From Eledone cirrhosa (Eukaryota), in contig OZ024740.1 of assembly GCA_964016885.1 (NCBI GenBank), forward strand, positions 64,170,001-64,234,000: a DNA stretch of 64,000 bases, written 5' to 3'. The notes beneath the pieces are model-generated. The model had not been told where the DNA came from, made no database searches, and was given only the letters and a program-made list of their open reading frames with translations. This document shows, piece after piece, positions 59,063 to 64,000 of the stretch (its first letter is position 1; each line of letters starts with the position of its first letter). The position numbers and the translations under genes were made by a program.

Positions 59063-59066
<4 letters not shown>
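58858..59066 (-). mobile_element. Penelope-like 3' terminus with 67-bp fold-back and hammerhead-like motif (mini-element D)
   Basis: Arms 58922-58988/58997-59063 with 3 mismatches; CTGAGGA..GAAA-caattg-TT; (TA)n on both sides. Confidence 0.7.
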
Positions 59067-59094
<28 letters not shown>

Positions 59095-59098
<4 letters not shown>

Positions 59099-59911
59099 GG
59101 AAAAAATGAAACGAAATTTCATTTCCCACTCTTAGTACGGCTGTTACTTAAATATAAGTATGTACACGAACATACATATATGTATACAGACGTACAGTAG
59201 TATGTATATATATATACATACATGCACACATATATATATGTACGTATAGATTCACCGAACATTGATTATAATGCTCGGTGTGTTTGTAAACAAACATCCC
59301 GTATTAATGCGTAGTGTCCAGCAACCATCGTTGCTCGTTTGTTCAACACTGACAAAGGAACGCTGTACTAGTTTCAAGCTTATTAGCTATCGTCAGCAAA
59401 GTATACCTTCCCGCCAGATTGTTGAACGTATATACTTACCTTATGCATATTGACAGCTGAGAAGCCCAATTTGCATATCGAGTTGGTTAATCGGCCGGGT
59501 GCACCGAAAACGATAAACGGAAAAAATGAAACGAAATTTCATTTCCCACTCTTAGTACGGCTGTTACTTAAATATAAGTATGTACACGTACATACATATA
59601 TGTATACAGACGTACAGTAATATGTATATATATATACATACATGCACCCACATATATATGTACGTATGGATTCACCGAACATTGATTATAATGCTCGGTG
59701 TGTTTGTAAACAAACATCCCGTATTAAGCCGTAGTGTCCAGCAACCATCGTTGCTCGTTTGTTCAACACTGACAAAGGAACGCTGTGCTAGTTTCAAGCT
59801 TATTAGCTATCGTCAGATTGTTGAACGTATATACTTACCTTATGCATATTAACAGCTGAGAAGCCTAATTTGCATATCGAGTGGGTTAATCGGCCGGGTG
59901 CACCGAAAACG

Positions 59912-59916
<5 letters not shown>
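59095..59916. repeat. Tandem duplication, 420-bp unit, between (TA)n tracts
   Basis: 59095-59514 repeated from 59515 with a few substitutions and a deletion of about 21 bp. Confidence 0.95.
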
Positions 59917-59987
<71 letters not shown>

Positions 59988-60829
59988 TAATACATATTAC
60001 TATCAAGGATAAAGATGTCAAGTCTGAAGCAATTTCAGACACCCGCCATATCACATGTAAGAGTAGCTCTAAGAAAGATTCTAAGAAATACATCCGACCA
60101 TTTATAATAGAATTAAAAGACGAGTGACTTATACATAAATATATCAAACATTAACAGGAGATAATTTGCAAAGGATGTAAGAATATATAATTACAAAAGT
60201 CGGCATATATAAATTTAACAAAAATGTTTAAATATAAATATCTTGCATTCAATAATTACTTATACTCTCTCATACATATTCCATTATTGCCTAAGAAATA
60301 GGTTTCACCATTAAATTGTGAAGTTCAATAGCCGTTTTCTTGGATAATCGGTGAAAGGTTTTGGCTGCTATTTCTAGCTATCAATATATCTTTCATATCA
60401 GCGGGACAGAGCTTTGATGTAGTGGTTTGTTCTTAACACAACATGCATTTTCGTCAGACCCTGATTTGTATTCGAAGTGTAGGTTCATATAGTTTGAGTT
60501 TTTCTCTCTCACTGATGATTCAAGATATCGGTTATTGGACTTTCTGTCGTCACACATTCTATGTCATTCTCAATGACTATCTGTTCTCTTTTGTGCCTCC
60601 TTTTCTTGCTGGATTTAAACGTTTACTCCACCTTGTCTTATGTTTTGTAGTGTATGTTTCTAGATTTATGCCTGCGCATTCACTTTTGTGTATGTCTGTG
60701 TTTGTCATATCTTTGTGTGTTTTATGTGTTTGTATGGGTTTATATCCTTCGCTGTTTGTGTCTTTTCCCCCTATTCTGTCTTCATTTGTTAAGTTGAAGG
60801 TCGATACTATTCCATTTTTCTGTTCTAAG

Positions 60830-62699
60830 AATGATGCAGTCCAAATCCTCCATTCACATTATAGCAAACCCATGACCTCCAAATACCTGATCCATCGGAA
60901 CATAGTTATCTCAGTTAGTGCTAAATTCAATATCCTAATAGCGGACCTGGTGAGGGTGATGAGAAATGAGTTCTGCATGTGCGATTCCACAGAGTTAAAA
61001 AGACACATCATTTAATTCACAGTATGTAGTTCTCTAGTTATAACTAAAGAGACAGGATCTGGGTATACAAAAGAGCCTTCACTAAAGTTAAAACTATTAT
61101 GGAGAATGATGTGCATGTGATTTACCAACTATGTAGGAGCAAATGCTGGAATAGCATAGAAGGGACTAAGAAGATAGGGAAGGCTAACTCATGGTATGAC
61201 AGCCAAAAGTACCAGAATATCATGTCCGTCGCTGCTATTCTTAGAGGCAAACTACCGTATCGTTTTAGAAGAACCATAGACAAAATGAACCTAAGGATTA
61301 CAATTGTATAAAAACCAGGAACACCCATAAAATCACTTTAGAAACCTTCCTGTAATAATAGAAACTGTATAGTTTTTAAGGTAAGCCAGCAGATAAACTG
61401 CAAAACCAGAAATATAGTCTGTAGGATAAGATGTACAAAGGGACAGTGTAGAAACAAGACAATGACATACATAGGAGAGACAACCCATAGTATAGGAGAA
61501 GCGTTAAAGGAACACTGGGGAGAACTTAAGGCGGAAAAAAGCTAATCAGTTCTATACCAACATGCCAAAGCGGAATACGGAGGTCAATAGATAACATAAA
61601 AATAAAGATCTTATTCACACATAGAGCTGACTGAACACTCAGACAAATTATACACATAATAGAAGATAGACATAGCCCGAACAGAAGAGACGAGTGGAAT
61701 AGTAAGAGCCTGCAAGTTAACAACCGAAGACAGAATAGGGGGAAAATGGAGACACAAACAGCAAAAAATACAAACTCACACACACCTAAATTACACATTG
61801 ACATGACAATCACAAAGACACAAACACATAAGTGTGTGTAAATGTATATGATATCTATATATTTATTTTATCATGAGTTAAAGGTCTATAGATTTTTCCC
61901 TGGATTTTACTAAATTCTGTGGATGAATTTATATCCTGATTCTCTTTTCAGATGAGTTTGAGTTATTTTTCCGAAATCTTTCGTTAACTACTTTTCCCAT
62001 CTTGACGTTATAGTCGCATATATGTTATAGAATGCCGTTAGCTTCTTGCTAAAACAACCTCTATACCTCTCATTTATATTTATACTCGGATTCTTTTCCT
62101 AGAGTGCTTAAACTATCTGTGACTAATCCCAGTTTTTTCATAAAAACTGTGATAATTATTGCTATTTTGCTGAACTCCTTTGTAGAGTTTTTTTCAGAAT
62201 GTATTTGACTGCTATTTCTTGTAAATAAACATTCACTTCCATCCTGACGTCACTAGCCCCGTTTTTTCCTCATGTGCTTTTTCATAAATACACATGAAGG
62301 CGAACTAGCCAGTTTTAGAATTCCCTTTTTCGGATTATATTACTGTGAGAGCCCTGGTTTTCTGTTGAGCTCTGCTGATGAATGAAATTCCAACCGTGAC
62401 CATCTCCACTAAAAGTTTTCATGAAATAGTCTTTTAAGACTATACAGAGCATTTGATGTTATTCCAAATTGAAGGATAAGTGTTTCAAACTTTATTTTAT
62501 CATGAGTTAAAGGTCTATAGATTTTCCCTGGATTTTACTAAATTCTGTGGATGAATTTATATCCTGATTCTCTTTTGAGATGAGTTTGAGTTATTTTTCC
62601 TAAATCTTTCGTTAACTACTTTTCCCATCTTGACGTTATAGTCGCATATATGTTATAGAATGCCGTTAGCTTCTTGCTAAAACAACCTCTATACCTCTC

Positions 62700-62707
<8 letters not shown>
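60830..62707 (+). mobile_element. Decayed Penelope-like element with duplicated 3' segment
   Basis: HYSKPMTSKYLIHR..KFNIL..DLVRVMRN; NCKTRNIVCRIRC..YIGETT..KEH (about 61397-61520); direct repeats 61862-62079 and 62491-62707. Confidence 0.8.
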
Positions 62708-62796
<89 letters not shown>

Positions 62797-63836
62797 GTAT
62801 ATTATATATATATATATATATATATCATATATTTATATATATATGGATATAGGGATGTGTGTGCGTGCGTGTGTATATGTATATATTGAGATAGAAGAGT
62901 ATATATATGTATGTATCTGTGTGATTTAGAGTTTATATATATCACAATTAATATGTAAATAGTTTATATGCTGTGTTTATCTAAGTACCCCAACTCACCC
63001 AAACGGAACGACACATAAATATAAAATATTTTTTCTACATTGTAGATTCCAAGCATAAACTTACTGACAAAAAATAGAATAATACATCGACTACTAATCA
63101 ATAACAATTTCAAATATTTAAGAGCAACAAATTTGAAAAAGAAAACACAGACGAAAAAATAATTAATCGAACATTAAATATTTAGTATATAAAAATTATG
63201 AAGACCTTATCGTTCATTTTACAGACGACTAACTACCCATGTTATCTCCGATTTCACAGCGAGTTTAAAATATAAAAACAATTAAAGAAACGTAAAACTT
63301 AATCCAACACAGTTCCTCATCAACATACACATACATTCTTTACCCGCATTCGCCTCCTAAATACATACAGTTACTCAAATACGCTCTTACATACATAAAG
63401 ATAGACGTAGCTTCGCAATACACACATATACACATACAGCCAGCGTATTCAGTATTGATATGAAGGCAACAAGAAAAGCCTGGCAGTAAATTATATATTA
63501 CTCAGTTTGTTTCAAAACTTTCAGACAGTTATTACCATTAGAAAATGAAAACAGAGAAAAAAAAAATGAACTGAAAAGAATTGGAAAGGAATCGATTTCT
63601 TGAACAAAAGAATTCGAAGAAAAATAACAAAGATCAGAAAAAAATGCAAATTCTTTTGCAAATTTTATGGACATTCGCTGTTTAAATGTCTTTAGCTATT
63701 ATTCCAAACTCCACCCTCACAGTAATACTTGGGCTCTTAACATTGGGAGTTTGGAATATCATATATGTGTGTGTATGTGCGTTTATAAATAAAAATATGC
63801 ATTATATATAAGCATATATATATGTACATACTTTAT

Positions 63837-64000
63837 TAGATGTCCATTGAATTTCCTGAGTTCCCCTGCCCTTTGACGGGTTTTGTATTTCATCCCGCAG
63901 GGTGTCCAAAATCACCCTCATCACCAAACAAGCTTGGTGGTGTTGCCGGTTTAGTCACCGACGACTCGACTATAGACAGATTGTATTGGGTTACATGTTA
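63837..64000 (-). mobile_element. Diverged copy of the RTE-like 5' region
   Basis: Reverse complement aligns with 29560-29724. Confidence 0.75.

Noticed and set aside
61945-61990. Hammerhead in the third Penelope-like element (cagatgag..ccgaaa)
   Set aside because: Stem II and core too degenerate to support a call.

Overview
Eukaryotic, AT-rich, microsatellite-saturated DNA with no recognisable host gene; the SINE type and repeat landscape suggest an octopod cephalopod (inference from recollection, not a search). Nearly all coding capacity is transposon-derived: one intact R4/Dong-type RLE non-LTR retrotransposon (1130 aa ORF) and a near-identical 5'-truncated copy, two decayed R4-like families in (TATG)n tracts, a near full-length Tx1/L1-clade element plus a deleted chimeric copy, a bounded but decayed Helitron, three Penelope-like (GIY-YIG) remnants, tiny Penelope-like termini with fold-backs and hammerhead remnants in (TA)n tracts, and many tRNA-derived SINEs. 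The most interesting signals: (1) SINE and Tx1 share an ungapped 3' terminus, CCTTGTG-N8-AGAAA..ATTATT, whose core also occurs in an R4-like 3' UTR; (2) element families partition by microsatellite motif and strand; (3) a short motif lies 36-46 nt from the (TA)n junction in five mini-elements of at least three types. Comparisons were made by eye and element boundaries are approximate.
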